A stretch of DNA of 64,000 nucleotides from the human T2T-CHM13v2.0 reference genome, Homo sapiens. The position numbers were made by a program, and so were the translations under genes. Shown here in pieces: positions 44,107 through 59,302 of this stretch. Location of the stretch: assembly GCF_009914755.1 (NCBI RefSeq), contig NC_060937.1; one strand, written 5' to 3'. Numbering within the stretch: position 1 is the stretch's first letter; each line of letters begins with the position of its first letter. The notes under the pieces are model-generated. The model made no database searches. It was not told the DNA's origin and saw only the letters and a list, made by a program, of their open reading frames with translations.

Positions 44107-46440
44107 AGGCCTACCAAGTATACCTCTCTTGCCCGCCATAAATTGCTCTATGAGCTAAAACTTTTGAGTTAACAGAAAAAACAAAAACAAAACTTAACAA
44201 CAAAAAAACTAAACCAGAAAAAAATTCAAGGAAAACTTTATGTCATTTTATTCCCAAAGACAAGTCTCTTTTCATCTCAGACATTTTTAATGGTTTACTA
44301 TTACTTGCATATTTAAACAATAAAATTTGTTTACACATGCCTAACGCTAGAATTAAAAATTTTTAAAAACCATGAAAAATTTAAAAAAAATTAACTACAG
44401 AATCATACTAAGTAGTAGCATTTGTAAAGAGAGACAATGGCAGGAAAATTGGTTATGTCGCCTAGCAGATTAAAACAGAAAAGCTCAAAACACAAATACC
44501 ACATTTGGTCCATGCAGCGAGTTTTCCATTTGGCTGCAAACATGCTTGGACACGACGAACTTAAATGCCATATGATATCTTTGTGAGGAATGACAATCAA
44601 ATGGATTTATTTAAGAGTGTATATTTATATTTCTACAAATTGAGTTTCAGGGAAGCTCAGGTTTAACATCATAAACTGGAACAAGGCTGAACTAAGATAC
44701 TACAAAGGTGGACTGTGGCTTCCAGAATTCATGCTATACTTTCCTATGCTCTCTTTTTCTCTCCCAGTGCCGACGTCTCTTGGAGTCCCTCTTTACTTCT
44801 GTTTACCTCTCCCCTTCTCCAGGACCTTCTGCAGAGTGGAACACCCTTCCCCACGTCTGCCCTGTCTTCTGTCCCGGCTTCCCAAACTGCATCTTTTAAC
44901 ACTGATGCCTTTCAAAGAGTACATGTAATTCAGGCTGCCTTTTTGGAGGGATTTGGGGGGTGGGTTTCAAAAATCATCCACTCATTTACCTCCTTGTTGG
45001 GTATGGTTTTACTCTATAATTTGTTTTAGGAATTATGGAAAGATAAGAATTAGAGGCCAAGAGAGCTTTTAAAACAGGAAGAGAGATGGCAATGCATCCC
45101 TCCTATATGTGGAAATACAAATTGGCTAAGGAGAACAGGAGGGCTTCTTTTTGGGGAAACATTCCCATTTCAATATGATGGATGACTCAACTATCCTATT
45201 GGTTGTGAGCTCATGATGAGATTATACATCCTGATTTCTGGTTTTCTTATTAGGCTGCAGAAATCGCTCTTATGTTTTTGTTTTGTGTAACATAAACATT
45301 TACCTTAGCCATTTGTAAGTCTGATTTGATTTTGTGGGTAGCCTTTGGTTTTTCTGTCTTAGATGGTAATCTTATTTGGAGAAGGAGTCACTGCTGTTCG
45401 TTGCCTTCCTCCCTTCCTAACTGGAGTGCTCAACGCAGTAATGTGTGCAAAATGGCACGTTCTCAACAGTTCCATGGTTATGATGATGACAATGGTAAGG
45501 AATTAGCTCCCAAAGACACAAAACAAAAAGTAGTAGCATCTCTGTGAGAGGTACACAGTTAGAAAAATGATTCCACACACGAGTAAAGAGATTTACCAGG
45601 AAGAGTCTTGTTTTCTAAAAGTTGATACAACTAGTAGAAAAATACTTGTCAGTGGTAAATAGAGCAGAAGTAGAAAAAGCAGTTAATCTATTAGATCAGA
45701 TCAGAGTGTAAGGCAGGTATATCAGGCCAAAGGTGATAAGACAGAGCAGAAATAAAGTATTGTTAATTCATGCATTTGCTGACTCATTTATTTATACATT
45801 GATACTGTCACTTATAAATCAAATCTTACAGGTCAGGTTCTGTGCTAAGCTCAGGGGATATAAAAAGAAATAAGTCACTGCACTCGCCCTCACGGAGCCC
45901 ACAGTATAACTGGGTAGATAGTTCTATAAAGAGACAATGATAATAAAATAGAATGGCCACTCTGGCAGATATAGGAACAGAGTGCTCGGAAACACAAGGT
46001 ATAGAGCAAAGAGAGAAATAAGAAAAAAAATGAAGGCACTACTTCTACTCCACGAGACTTCACGGGCAGCAGAATAGACACACGTGGTCAGAAGAGTTGA
46101 CTTGGGGGCTCTAGATGTATCAGGACTGGTATGCATATTTTATGAGAATTCAATGTCTTCAAACAGACACAAGGGCAAATGGTATATTAATTGGGACATA
46201 TCATTGAAATGAGAACACAGAGTTCTTTCCTAAAAGCCTCTAGGCCTGCCCACTGCCTGCATCCCCACCAGTGCCTCCCTGGCCAATGCACCACTGGGTT
46301 CCTGCATTTCCTGCAGTGCTTTCTCCATCTGCTTCAGCTCTTTCTAATCTGCTCTTCATTCTGCGGTTATTGCCATTTCTCACGCTCTGTCTTAAAACTT
46401 TTCAATGGCATTCCACTGCCTTTTTCTTCCTCTCTCTCTC

Positions 46441-46788
46441 TTTTTTTTTTTTTTTTTTGAGATGGAGTCTTGCTCTGTCTCCCAGGCTGGAGTGCAGTGG
46501 TGCGATCTTGGCTCACCGCAACCTCTGCCTTCTGGTTCAAGCCTCAGTTTCCTGAGTCGCTGGAATTATAAGCATGCACCACCACACCTGGCTACCCACT
46601 GCTTTTAACAAACAAACAAAAAAACTTTTGTTTTAACAAACAAAAACAAAAATATAAACTTTTCTTTTTTAAAGATATGGGATCTTGCAATGTTGCCCAG
46701 GCTGGCCTCAAACTCCTGGGCTCAAGGGATCCTCTTGCCTCAGCCTCCTGAGTAGCCGGGACTACAGGTGCGAGCTGCCATGCCTGGT
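46441..46788 (-). mobile_element. Alu right-arm fragment plus FLAM/AluJ-like monomer
   Basis: 46441-46592 right arm with deletion; about 46660-46788 monomer ending catgcctggtc. Confidence 0.85.
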
Positions 46789-47196
46789 CAAAATCTCAAT
46801 CTTCAATCTAGGCTCAGAGGCCTTTTTTTGGCCCCTCCCTGCCTGTCCAGCCTCAGCTAGCTCTATCCCCACACCGGGTTCCAGTCACATCCTTCAGTTG
46901 CTTGGAAACATCTGCACCCTCTGCCTCAGAACCTCTGTGCCTCCCCCACCTCTGCCGGCCCTCTGCTGGCCCTCTGCTGGGTTCCCCTTTCTTCCTCTTT
47001 TTCTCTTGAACTCCATCAAATTCTACTTGTTTTCTAGATTTCAGTTCCACTAGAAATTCCTCACAGAAGCTTTCTCTGACAAAGTTTTCCTCTTACAAGC
47101 TCATAACATGGTAGGATGAATCCTATAATATTGCTGTTTGTGTGGCTCAAAGCAGTTGAACATCTGCAATTTCTTACGGGTCAATTGAATCCACAA

Positions 47197-47642
47197 TACA
47201 TTAGTTTCCTAGGACTCCTGTCACACATTACCACTAGATCATTAGCTTAACACAATAGAAATTTACTCTCTCAGCATTCTGGAGGCTAGAAGTCAAAAAC
47301 CAAGGCGCCAGCAGGGCCATGCTCTCTCTGAAGGCTCCAGGCGAGAGTCCTTCCTTGCCTTTCTCTTGTTTCTCATGATTCTCAGCCATGCTCGGAGTTC
47401 CCTGGCTTGTAGCTGTAACACCCCATCCCTGCTTCTGTCACCACATGGCCTTCTGGGCCTGCGTGTTTCTGTGTCTCTGAATCTGAATCCCCCTCTCCTT
47501 TTCCTTATAGATGCCAAACACTGGACCATCCAGAACAATTAACTTAACTGGTTACCTCTGCAAAGACCCAATTTCCAAAGATGGTCTCATTCTGAGGATC
47601 CAGCTGGACAAAAATTTTGGGGGAATGCCTTAAACCCCCTAC
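47197..47642 (-). mobile_element. MLT1C/D-like solo LTR
   Basis: tacattagtttcctagg...ttctggaggctagaagtc...gcagggccatgctc...tctgcaaagaccc.atttcca. Confidence 0.85.
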
Positions 47643-48097
47643 TCGTACTGTCGTTTGACACTATATTGTGTGACCCCTTGCACAACAGTTCTCTTTTCCC
47701 TGAGACTGTAAACTTGGTGAGGACAGGAACCATGCAGGGCTCTGCTCATTATTCCACGGGCAGTGGCTGGCATGGCACTGGACACAAGGTGAGCTGAGCA
47801 AATATTCAGTGAAGGAATAATGGTATTGATCAGGTGGCGGAACTCAACTCTAAGCTAAACTCTCCAGCAGACAACTGGGAAATAAAAGAAAAGATTTTAG
47901 ATATATCCTGAAGGGTAGAGAGATAAGCATAAAATATCTATTGATTGATTGAATAAATTTGTTAGTGTGGAGTATGCGTGTCCTTAGATTCACAGAAGAG
48001 AATAAAATTAGACTCCTGTGTCGTTTAACCTGAACTGATGTCTGTCGTTGACAAACTAATGAATGTTTAGACAAAGTACAGATATAAAAATTTTGTA

Positions 48098-48394
<297 letters not shown>

Positions 48395-48899
48395 TTATAA
48401 AGGGACATGTTGGAGAAATGGCAAGTTATATTTTATCGAATATCCTTGAATATATTGTTTAACATATGTAGGATACCAACAGTCACCTTGTTTACACATT
48501 TTAAAAATGGGTTTCACCCGCATTCTAATTGGTATTAGAGATATTTACACTCCCCAAAGCTTGTACGCTCCTTAGGAACAAGATACCATTTTAAATTTAC
48601 TTCTATAGTACATTCTAGGGAGTAGAAATAGAACTCTTTGTAAATAAATGAATTAGAACTCAGCACAACTTGGTCATTGCGCTGTGAAACTACAAAGAAC
48701 AGACGGGAAGCTCTTTTTGGAGACTCAGAAGGTTCTTCACGATTGTGCAAACCTGGCATCATTGCCCTACAGTTGTGCATTAAGGGCCAGTTAACACAGA
48801 GAAGGATGAGCGGCTGCTTGAAGGGTGAGTATTTTGAATCTCATGGCTGAGGCACTGAATCAAACCTCCTAAAAGCAAGGACTTGTTCTTCTGGACAGC

Positions 48900-49482
48900 A
48901 GTTCCCATGCACTCTTTGCTGTTATTAAGAGAGAAGCAGCATCAACTAAAAATGAGCACAGGTAAATCCAGCAGCCCTGTGGATCCTCTCCTAGGTGCGT
49001 GCCTGCAAGAACTGCGTGCACACCCACAAGGCACAAGCCCTCCCTTGGCCACAGCAGTGTCAGTTGTTAAAAGTCCCAAAATGTGAACTGTCCAAATGCC
49101 CACTAGCAGTTGAGTGGGAAAATACATTTGGGTTTATTTAAATATTTGAATGAGTGAACTACATCTCAGTGTAAGAAATGTGGATTTCACAACATAACAT
49201 TGAGTGAAGGGAGCCAGACGCAACAACAGAGTACATACTGTTGTATGTACTCCATTCCACGTGGAGGAAGTTAAACCAGCAGGTGGCACTGACGTGTGCT
49301 GCCGGGTGTCTGCAGAGTGGTCGTCCTGGGTGGGGGTGGCGGGGAGCGGGAGGGAGTATGGAAAGGAGCTTCTAAGGCACAGTCAATATTTCCTGAGCAG
49401 GGTGCTGGGTGTGTTCAGTTTACAAAAATGTATACTATACCTCTTTCTATATGTATATTAGAGTTCAGTTAAAAGTTTTTCA
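48900..49482 (+). mobile_element. L1ME-like 3' end
   Basis: atggatttcacaacataacattgagtgaa...agagtacatactg...gggtgtgttcagtttacaaaaat...tgtatattagagttcagttaaaag. Confidence 0.65.
49274..49291 (+). promoter_or_regulatory. CTCF-like motif inside an L1ME fragment
   Basis: AACCAGCAGGTGGCACTG, near-perfect core. Confidence 0.55.
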
Positions 49483-52083
49483 AAAGGGAAGATGATGCAG
49501 TTAAGCAAAATTATTCCATTCTTACTTCGGCACTATCAGCCACCAAAACTTTGACGTCTTTCCCAACCCATGATTTTGACCAAGCTACAGACACAGAAAA
49601 AGGAAGAAAGAGTAAGATGGGAGTAGACAGGGTGTGTGTTGGTGGTGGGGGATGAGGTGACCATGATACACAAAGTATTACATGTTATTTTGAAGCCACT
49701 ATTAAGTTTCTTTAAAATGTAATGAAATGGTATTCTACCTTTTATCCAAATTCTTTCCCCTTTTTTGCATTTAAGCAAAGATTTTGCAAGATTAAATTTA
49801 CTTTGATGCAAATGAATGAATAATATATATTATAAGAAGTGGTTATGAATTTTTAAGATCATTATACTATACCAAGAAAAGAAGATCTTTTAACATAAAG
49901 TAATTATAATTGTAAATGTCCATTTAAAAAGTGTTTTTAAGATCATGATTCTTGAAGGAAAAGAACACAGTGTAGAGAATCCTAGGATTTTATTTCTCAT
50001 ATTGAAAAATCTAATGTAAAGAACAGTACAAAGGAAGTTTATAATGGCCTCAGCTGAGCATGAAGTCTGGCTGCAACCGAGAGATCAAATGATAGCTTTG
50101 TCACACATTCACATGGTAAAGAAAAGCACATTTGCAAGAATGAAATTAGAATCAAAGAAACAAACTTCAAACCTTGAGCTTTAAAACTAGAAGTCGTCTA
50201 AGCTCAGTGCTATTCTACGGCTCAGCATCTGCCTGGCTGAGATATCATTACACATCGGGCGGCTGAAATCCTCTGCTTTCCCTGACTTCTCAAGAGACTT
50301 CGGGTGTAATTGCTCTGCACGACACATACTGTGTTCTGCCTCATCGCTTAAATCTTCCCTATTTCAGCCTGTGCTTTCTTCTGTTAAAATATTCAAACAT
50401 TATTCAGTTTCAGTTCCTTTCTGATTGCTGTGAGGAATAACTGAATTGAAGAATTACATTAAATAAAAATTTTTGTAATTTTTTGGTATGATTTCCCAAA
50501 AGAAAACAATTTAAAAAACATTCAGACTTGGGAGATTCTCATTTTGAAATCTAGTCCGTGTTAGTTTGAAAACTGTGCATAGATTTGTGAGTTGATGTAA
50601 CTGTAGAATATTTTTTGGTTGTTCAATATAGGAAAAATAACCACATTATCTTCAATCAGAAGAAAGGAGTCCCTCCTCTTTGTTATGTGAATAAATTAAG
50701 GCTGAAGTCTCTTTGCTTCTTTACACAGTGGCTTTAGCTATTTTTTCTGTATCTATATATATGACATAGCAATTCAGAACATAGAGTCTTGCTAAGGCGT
50801 AAACTATTATTTTTCAAGGGAGTTTCTCTTGCTAATTTGTATATGTGATTTTACAACCCAAATCGCACAGTCAAAACAGATGGGGCATCTGGAATAATGA
50901 TCACACATGTTGGTTTTTAATAATACCTCTGTGTAATTATAAAACCTTAATATGCAAATACAAAGAATATCCCTCACTGGCCTGTGAAATCCAATACAGA
51001 ATTTCTTCAGGTGGGTGGGCACTGTCTTTTCTGCTGTGGACAAAAGGCAACCAAGTCAAATTAGTGCATAGAAGACAGCGATACTGTACAGTTTTCAAAC
51101 GTTTCATCAAAAAACATGTTTAAGTCACTAATTTTTCCCCGTTTTACAAAAATATTTAATACACCCAGTATATCCAAGGTCAAAGTGGGGTTTTCAATTA
51201 TTTGGACGCATCGACTGAAGCCACAGATAGAAATTGGAGGGCTCATTTCTTGGTTAGCCTATGGGCCATAAAAGCTACATTTTTATGTGATAGCTGACAT
51301 CCAAAATGTTCATAACATTAGCTGATTAACTGCATGTGCTGTATCCTGGCTGGTTACTCATTCGTCCAAGCAGCATGTCCCTTAAGTAAGTATGAAGAGA
51401 AGCTCTGTTTTCGGAGGGGCGGATGCACTGGGCAATTAAGTGGCTGTTTTGTGTTTGTTGGTTTGGGAGCTCAGCAGAGCACTTATAACAGACTGTTGCA
51501 TTCCTGCCACTTATGATATCCCTGAAGTGTGCATAAAATGTTTACTTTCATGCTGTTATCACAACCCTTAAGATCTTACAAGCTTTAAATGTCCTTCAGA
51601 AGGTTACTTTGTGCAACAACATAGATAATATTTGCAGCAAGGCTAAGCTAACCAACAACTCTAATGAATTAGTAAAAGAAAAAAAAAACTATTCAAATCC
51701 AGAATACCTAATTATGTTGAATGAGCACATTTTGCTCATATTATTGTCCTTTAATATCCCATTAATGTAATTAATAATTTCTTAGAGACAGTGGTGATGA
51801 ATAAAGATTGATTTTGTAGGTTTATTCTTCTAGGTCCCAAACATCTCTATTTTATATTATATCTGTCCTTTGTTACTCCACTGAGACACAGTTGTTTCCA
51901 TCAGAGAATTTACTGAGTCATAGAAATATGCTCAGTGTGATAAAAAAAAGTATATATCTTTTTTGCTCCACTTCAGAGGAAATTATATTAGAGTTTCATG
52001 TCAACTAGATACTTGGTTCTTATTGTGAGATGATTCTTCGTTAAGTGCTAGGGAAAAATGTCACACCAAAGGGAATTCAGGAT

Positions 52084-52126
52084 ACACACACACACACTTA
52101 CACACACACAAACACGCACATACACT
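52084..52126. repeat. Interrupted (CA)n microsatellite
   Basis: acacacacacacacttacacacacacaaacacgcacatacac. Confidence 0.85.
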
Positions 52127-53169
52127 CCCATGTAATTTTTCTCTTTTTTTTAATTTATAAAACATCAGAGATAGCATAAGTAAAAACAGTAAAAAACAAA
52201 GTAAGAAGACATGGATTTAAACTTTTGTTCAGTTTTATAATCTCTTCACCCCTTTGGATTTCAGTGTTCTCAAATAAAAAATGAGGATCTTTAGTCTTTC
52301 ATATAAATGCCAGACGTGTAAGTGAGATAGCAATATGCCTGTAATTTGAATTACTCAAGGGAAATGTGCTATACAAACCAAAGCTATCACCATGCCACAG
52401 TGACTGCTTGCTCTACAGGAGGAGGACTTCACCCATATGAATGGGGTGACACATATGTGTGCTTGAGTCCCTTCCCTCTGGCTAATCTGAGACAACTCAA
52501 CCTCTCCCTCTTTCCCCAATTTCTTCTCGTTTGCTATGTTGATTGGATTGTTTTCTCAAGACTCTTGGTTGTAAAAATGAAAACGAAAATAGGCAGTTAA
52601 ACCATTTCTCCTGATCATGCCTCCTTTGCTATTTAAGGTTGCTTCTTCAAAGAGATGCTTACAGCACCATTATATCGCTTCCCACCCCTCTTCCAGCCTC
52701 TCCTGTCTCAGGTGTCCCCCCCTGCCTCAGTGGGGCTGCTCTTGGCAAAGTCAGCGTATTTCCCATTTTGCTGAATCCAATGGTCAATTGGTCATCCAAA
52801 TTTCATCTCGTTGAGACTCCTGAAACCTTCCTAACTGGCTTTCTGTCTTAGTTTTTTCCCTTTAAACCAATCTTTTAGAACATCTAGAAAAGAAATACCT
52901 TTATGTCCCTCTGGTCCTTAAAGTAATGCAAAGACTATCAATTATGTACAGAAGAAATTCTAATCTTCTTAGCATGGCATAAGCGGGTCTTCCAGTGCTT
53001 TGCCCTCTATGCTCTAACCTGTAGGTCTGTGCCCCCCTCACACAGGGATGTCACATGAAGATACTGCTCCCCATGCCTGCAATACACTTATTTAACTCTT
53101 ATAAATCCTTCCAAAACCATCTTCTCCAGGAATATTTCTCAGAATAACAACTGGTAGGTGAAGCAGTAA

Positions 53170-53400
53170 ACACGCGTGCTGGATATGATGCTGAACACTT
53201 TATGCTAATATTATTTAACCCTAAAAATTAGCTCCCTGATGTCGGTACCATAATTAGCTCCATATTATGCAATGTCATCGATGAGGAAACAGGTCCATGG
53301 AGCTTCAATTAGCTGCCTGAAGTCACATAGCTAGAAGTGGCAGAACTGGAATTTGACAACAATTTTCCTGATTCCAGAGCTTGAGCTTCTAAAACTGTTG
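53170..53400 (-). mobile_element. MIR SINE
   Basis: gatgaggaaacagg...ctgcctgaagtcacatagctagaagtggcagaactggaatttga. Confidence 0.75.
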
Positions 53401-54199
53401 TATACTGCCACACCAAAACAACACTTTCAAGCAATTGGTACACTTTTACTTGTGAATCTTGTGCCTGTTATTCCTCTTATATGGGATATTTTCTCTCGTT
53501 TTCCTAAGAAAATTTTATGCATCATTTTTAGACACATCTTCCAGGACCTGCCTCTAAACCAAATTAGGCACATCTTCCTCTGTGCACCTTGCATTTAGTC
53601 ACATCTCCCTCTGTTGCACCTTGCTCAGGGGTTTGCACTATAACTTTCTAATTACGTGTGCTTTTCCCCTACTAGCATGATGCATTTTTAATTAAGGGCA
53701 CAACTCTCTGTGGCCCTGTGGCCTCAAATTGTGCACACAATACAATGATAATCCAATGGTGATGAGATGAGAACAAGAAGGCAACACTAACGGAGTCCCA
53801 TCAACAGGCAGAAGAGGATCATTTGTAATATTTCTCTTCATTCTATTATTGTTTTCTTAGAGCCTTTACAATATGGAATCATCTATATTATCCAGCACAA
53901 GCAAGTCTGCCGATTTCAGATGAGTTATATTACTGGCAAAGATGAAAGAGGAGTAATGACAAGTTACATCAGATTTTCTATTAGAAACAAAATCACAAAA
54001 AGCATTTGGCTCTTGATAAAGTGTGTGTTCCCAGCTTTTTAAGATCAAAAAAGAATAATAAAGTATAAACTTGATACAACGTATTCATGGCAGAAAGCTA
54101 CACAGATGTACATATCTTTGAACAAGGCAACACAGGAGCTAATTTCTATGTTGCATTATTACAGCTTACCATAGAAAATTCTCATCCTGTTTACAAAAA

Positions 54200-55830
54200 C
54201 ACTATTTTGAAGTAATTTAAAACTCACATGAGAGTTGCAAAGATAGTACAGAGAGTTCCTGTATACCTTGACCCAGCATGTTATATACCATAGAACATTT
54301 ATCAAAACTACAAAATTAACCTTGGTCAAATACTTTTAACTAAAGAAGTTATTGGGAATTCCCAGGTTTTTGCACGAATGACTTTCGTCTGATCCAGGAG
54401 CTCATCCTGGAAACCACATTGCATTTCATTGTCACATCTGAAGTTTCTCTTGGCTGTGACAATTCCTCTAATTCTTCTTGTTGTTAATGACTTTGATGGT
54501 TTCGAGGAGTATCAGTCAGGTAATTTGCAGAGTGTCCCCCAATTTTGGGTTGTCTGATCTTTTCTCATGATTAGACTGAGCTTATACATTTTTGGGACAA
54601 ATACCATGGAGATGATACGCCCTTCTCGTCATATCAGTGTGTATATGACATTGAGGTTAACTGTCCTTACTTGGGTAAGGTGATGTCTGCCAGGTTTCTG
54701 CATTATAAAGTTACATTCAGTGTTTCTCTTTTCCTACTCCATTGGCTTGAAGCAAGTCACTGACTCCAACTGACACTTAGAAGAATTAAAGCTTTATCTC
54801 TTAGGAAGGAGGAGTATCAAAGAATTTGTGGGTGGATGTTAAAGCTGCTACAATAATTAAAAAAAGACTTGGAGAGGACACTTTGAGGCCATGCAAATGT
54901 TTTATTTCTCCTTAAAGTTTCACATACTAATTTTGGTATTCATCAGCTCTTGTCTGTGGCAATTACAACAATAGTTTCCTAATGGCAATTTTCTGTTTAC
55001 TTCATTTATTATTCTATTATTTCTATTTCTCTACATTTCTTACTTGGAATTATTCTGAGAGAATCAGTTGTCCCTCCTCCTTTATTTATTTATTCAATCA
55101 TGTATCTGTATAAATATGTATTTGTGACTATTTATTGTATTCTTTGGGTTATAACCCAGTACTTTCCTTATTCATTTCATTGCTCAAAGTCTTCCTGCTT
55201 TGGCCACTGGGGGCACTTTCAGTCGGCTTCTCTAGTCTTCAGACATACTTCTATCTATTTTGTTTGTTTGTTTGTTTGCTTGTTTGTTTTTTCCTTTTTA
55301 GCTCTTCTTTATTTTCTGGCACCACAAAATGTCCTATCCTCATCTTGTGTTCTCTTTAATTCAGCTCTAAAGCCAGCCATTTCTTCAGAGTGCCGACTTG
55401 TTTTATTGGAGAATGTTATTTAGGGACCAAAATCCCAGCACTAGGTTTCTCATTGTTTCTAGTATATCCTTACTTCTAGGCTCCCTCAGCAGAAAGAGCG
55501 GGGAAATACATGTATGTATACTAACTCATGTACACACACTCTCTCACATTTACCTAGTTTTGTATATATTTACCTACGTATGTATCTTACATAACCCTCC
55601 AACCATATGTATGCAGGTATATATATATATATGCATGTAACTACCTACCTATCCTCTCTCTTAAAATAAGCTGAGTTCTTACTGATACTCCTAATCTAGC
55701 CCCACAGGTTCTCCTGTGGCATCTCCCCTCTGCTCATTTATAACTTCTTTCTCTGATGGTATGAACTCTGGCTCTCATTTTCTATAGAAAATTCCCTTAT
55801 TTGTTGCACTTAGTGTGCATGTAACGTTGT
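54200..55830 (-). mobile_element. L1MC/MD-like 3' region
   Basis: gagttgcaaagatagtacagagagttcctgtatacctt...tccaggagctcatcc...cacattgcattt; degenerate. Confidence 0.7.
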
Positions 55831-56525
55831 ATCAGTAATGGTATTTACTATCAAATAAATATGACACTTTAAATTAGAGGCATGGAAAATACGTACTTTG
55901 GAATGCAGTCTTAACATTGGGGTCTTGGACCCCAGCAGTGTCCTATTCCCTTAAGTAATTTCTTTTCTGGCCACAATCATGCATTTCCAATTATCATTTT
56001 TGTGTATGTCTGTGGTCAAATGAATAGTTTTTAAATGTCTCCTATGTTGATAAAAGGGCTTATTAGATACACTATGAAAATTCACATTAATCCACATATT
56101 TTATTAAAAACAAGTGGAAATAGGGATAACATTAAAGAAAATAACATGTATATACTGCACTCATGTCCCAGTAACAATCTAACAAAATTAGTATATTGTT
56201 AATACCTGAGTACAAGTTATCAAGGCAGATGGTTCTATGGTTATGTAAGACACATGCATAGATAGGTAAATATATACAAAACTAGCTAAATACATGTATG
56301 TGTGTACTTGAGTTAGTACACATACATGTATTTCCCTGCTCTTCTTGCTGAGAGAGCCTAGAAACACTGATATACTGGAAACAATGAGAAACCTAGTGCT
56401 AGGTTTTTGGTCCCTAAATACCATTCTCCAATAAAACAAATCAGCACTCTTTGAAGAAATGGCTGGCTTTAGAGCTGAATTACAGAAAACACAAGATGAG
56501 GACTGGAAATTTCACGGTGACAGAA
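55314..56525. repeat. Inverted repeat: arms about 55314-55596 and 56239-56525, spacer about 640 bp
   Basis: Arms are reverse complements; ORFs 55398..55640(+) and 56188..56439(-) give near-identical peptides. Confidence 0.95.
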
Positions 56526-56760
56526 TGCCAGGAATGTCTCACCTCTCACTGTGCCTGGGGATGCCCTACCTCTCACTGAGTAATGCTCCAAGTGGAATGT
56601 AAGGGAAGGCCAACAGTGAAATCAGTCATCCTCAATTATAGGAAAGTTGGATTATAAATGAGGATAAAAGACTGGTTGTTATCCCTAGTTAATTCCCTAA
56701 CTTTTTGGTCAACTTTGGTTATTAAAAATTTACTTCAGTGCAGTCTAGTCTCATATCTGA

Positions 56761-57333
<573 letters not shown>

Positions 57334-58884
57334 TAAGGAGAGTTTTACTCTGGTCTTCCGCAGCCAAAGACGTCCTAAGAGAAAGAGAATCTTGTCTTCC
57401 TTAGGTCCTTCCTTTAATCCTCTCCTGAATGAGCATGTCTTGGCTTGGCCTCTGCCTGTGCAGCCCTCTGCCTCCCCAACCTTCCTCTAACATCTGTCAT
57501 GGGCACCGCTGAGCTCCCCTCTGCACTGTCTGAGGTGGCAGAGAAGGAGAAAGGGGTGGGGTTCCCCCAGCCCAGCATTAATCTTAGAAAATATTCTTCT
57601 TGACAGTCCTTTCTTGACAAGCTACTGCTAGCTGTACTCTGGCTGGCCTCTGACTTTCAGAACTGTCTATGTCACGCAAGGGCAGGTTCACTCTACCCCC
57701 ATCTGCACCATTCTTCAGAAGGAAGATGCCAGCTTCCTTTCACAACCAACTCAGCTTGCTGTAATCTAGTGGCTGAACTGAGTAGAGCTACGGGTTTCCA
57801 AGCTTCCAGATAGAAGAGCCAGTCTCTTTCTGTTTGACTGGTACTCCTCACTCCTACAAGTGATTCTCTGGAAGTCCTCTCTTGCGCTTTGGCAAAGGAG
57901 GAATAATCTCTCTCCGTAAACACTGCTACTGATGATTCTACCACAACTTTCCTCCCACAGCACTCTCCTTATTTCATCTGGGGGAGTGTGAGCTGGGAAG
58001 ATAATCAGGAATAAGAGGACCACCAGTCATCTTTGGAAGGTGGAATCTCAATTTAGAAGATAGAGCACTTAGCACTGAGATTTTAGGCACAAATCCAGAG
58101 TAAGATGAAATGATCCAGTTAAAAATATGTTGAAGGCATATGAGAATCCAGGTAGTCATATAATTCCCTTTCCTAAACTCCCAGAGTGAAAAAATAATAG
58201 GAAAGTGGGAAAGTTTGATGGCATATTAAGTAAATGGCAAGGAATGAATATCATCACTTTCCTGACTTTTATTCTTTCATTTGATCCATGTACAAATACA
58301 AAGCAATGCTGTCAATGACAGCATTTATTAATACAACCAAGATTTCTGCTAAGAGAAAATTGTATGTATTGACAAAATCTGACTATTCTCAGAGGAGATT
58401 ACTTATCTAGGGCCCTGTGACCCCAGCTCTAGTGCCAGAGCTTGCAGCACAGGTCAGGTACATGGTAGACCCAGCTCTTCATCATGGCTTGCAGTCGCCC
58501 CCTCCGGGTGGTTACTAACATGTTGCCTATGCTGGGGATTGCGGTTTGTGTAGGTGGCCAGGGGTCGGAGCAGAAATTCGCAGTAATGAACAGAGAACAT
58601 ATTAGAACTACGTATATTAGAAAACCATGCAGCATGAACACCCCAAAATCAGAAGAGACACTGGACATAAACAACAGATCTGTCATAATGAAGTATACAG
58701 CTACAGGTGTCCCAGTAATGACAGCTCTCGACTCTTTCCCGGATGAGAATTTTAGATCTAGAAGAGATCTTGTCAGGGTCTAGTGCAGGGGCCCAGATTT
58801 AAATGCCTATGAGACCAGGGAGATGATATAAGTGCCAGCTTGGATGACATAAAACAATCATATAAGACAATATATAGGAGTTAG

Positions 58885-59302
<418 letters not shown>

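Noticed and set aside
46965-46982. Tandem ggccctctgct x2 with partial CTCF similarity (also gcagtagatggcac near 24713)
   Set aside because: Weaker matches to the core; not enough to call without ChIP data.
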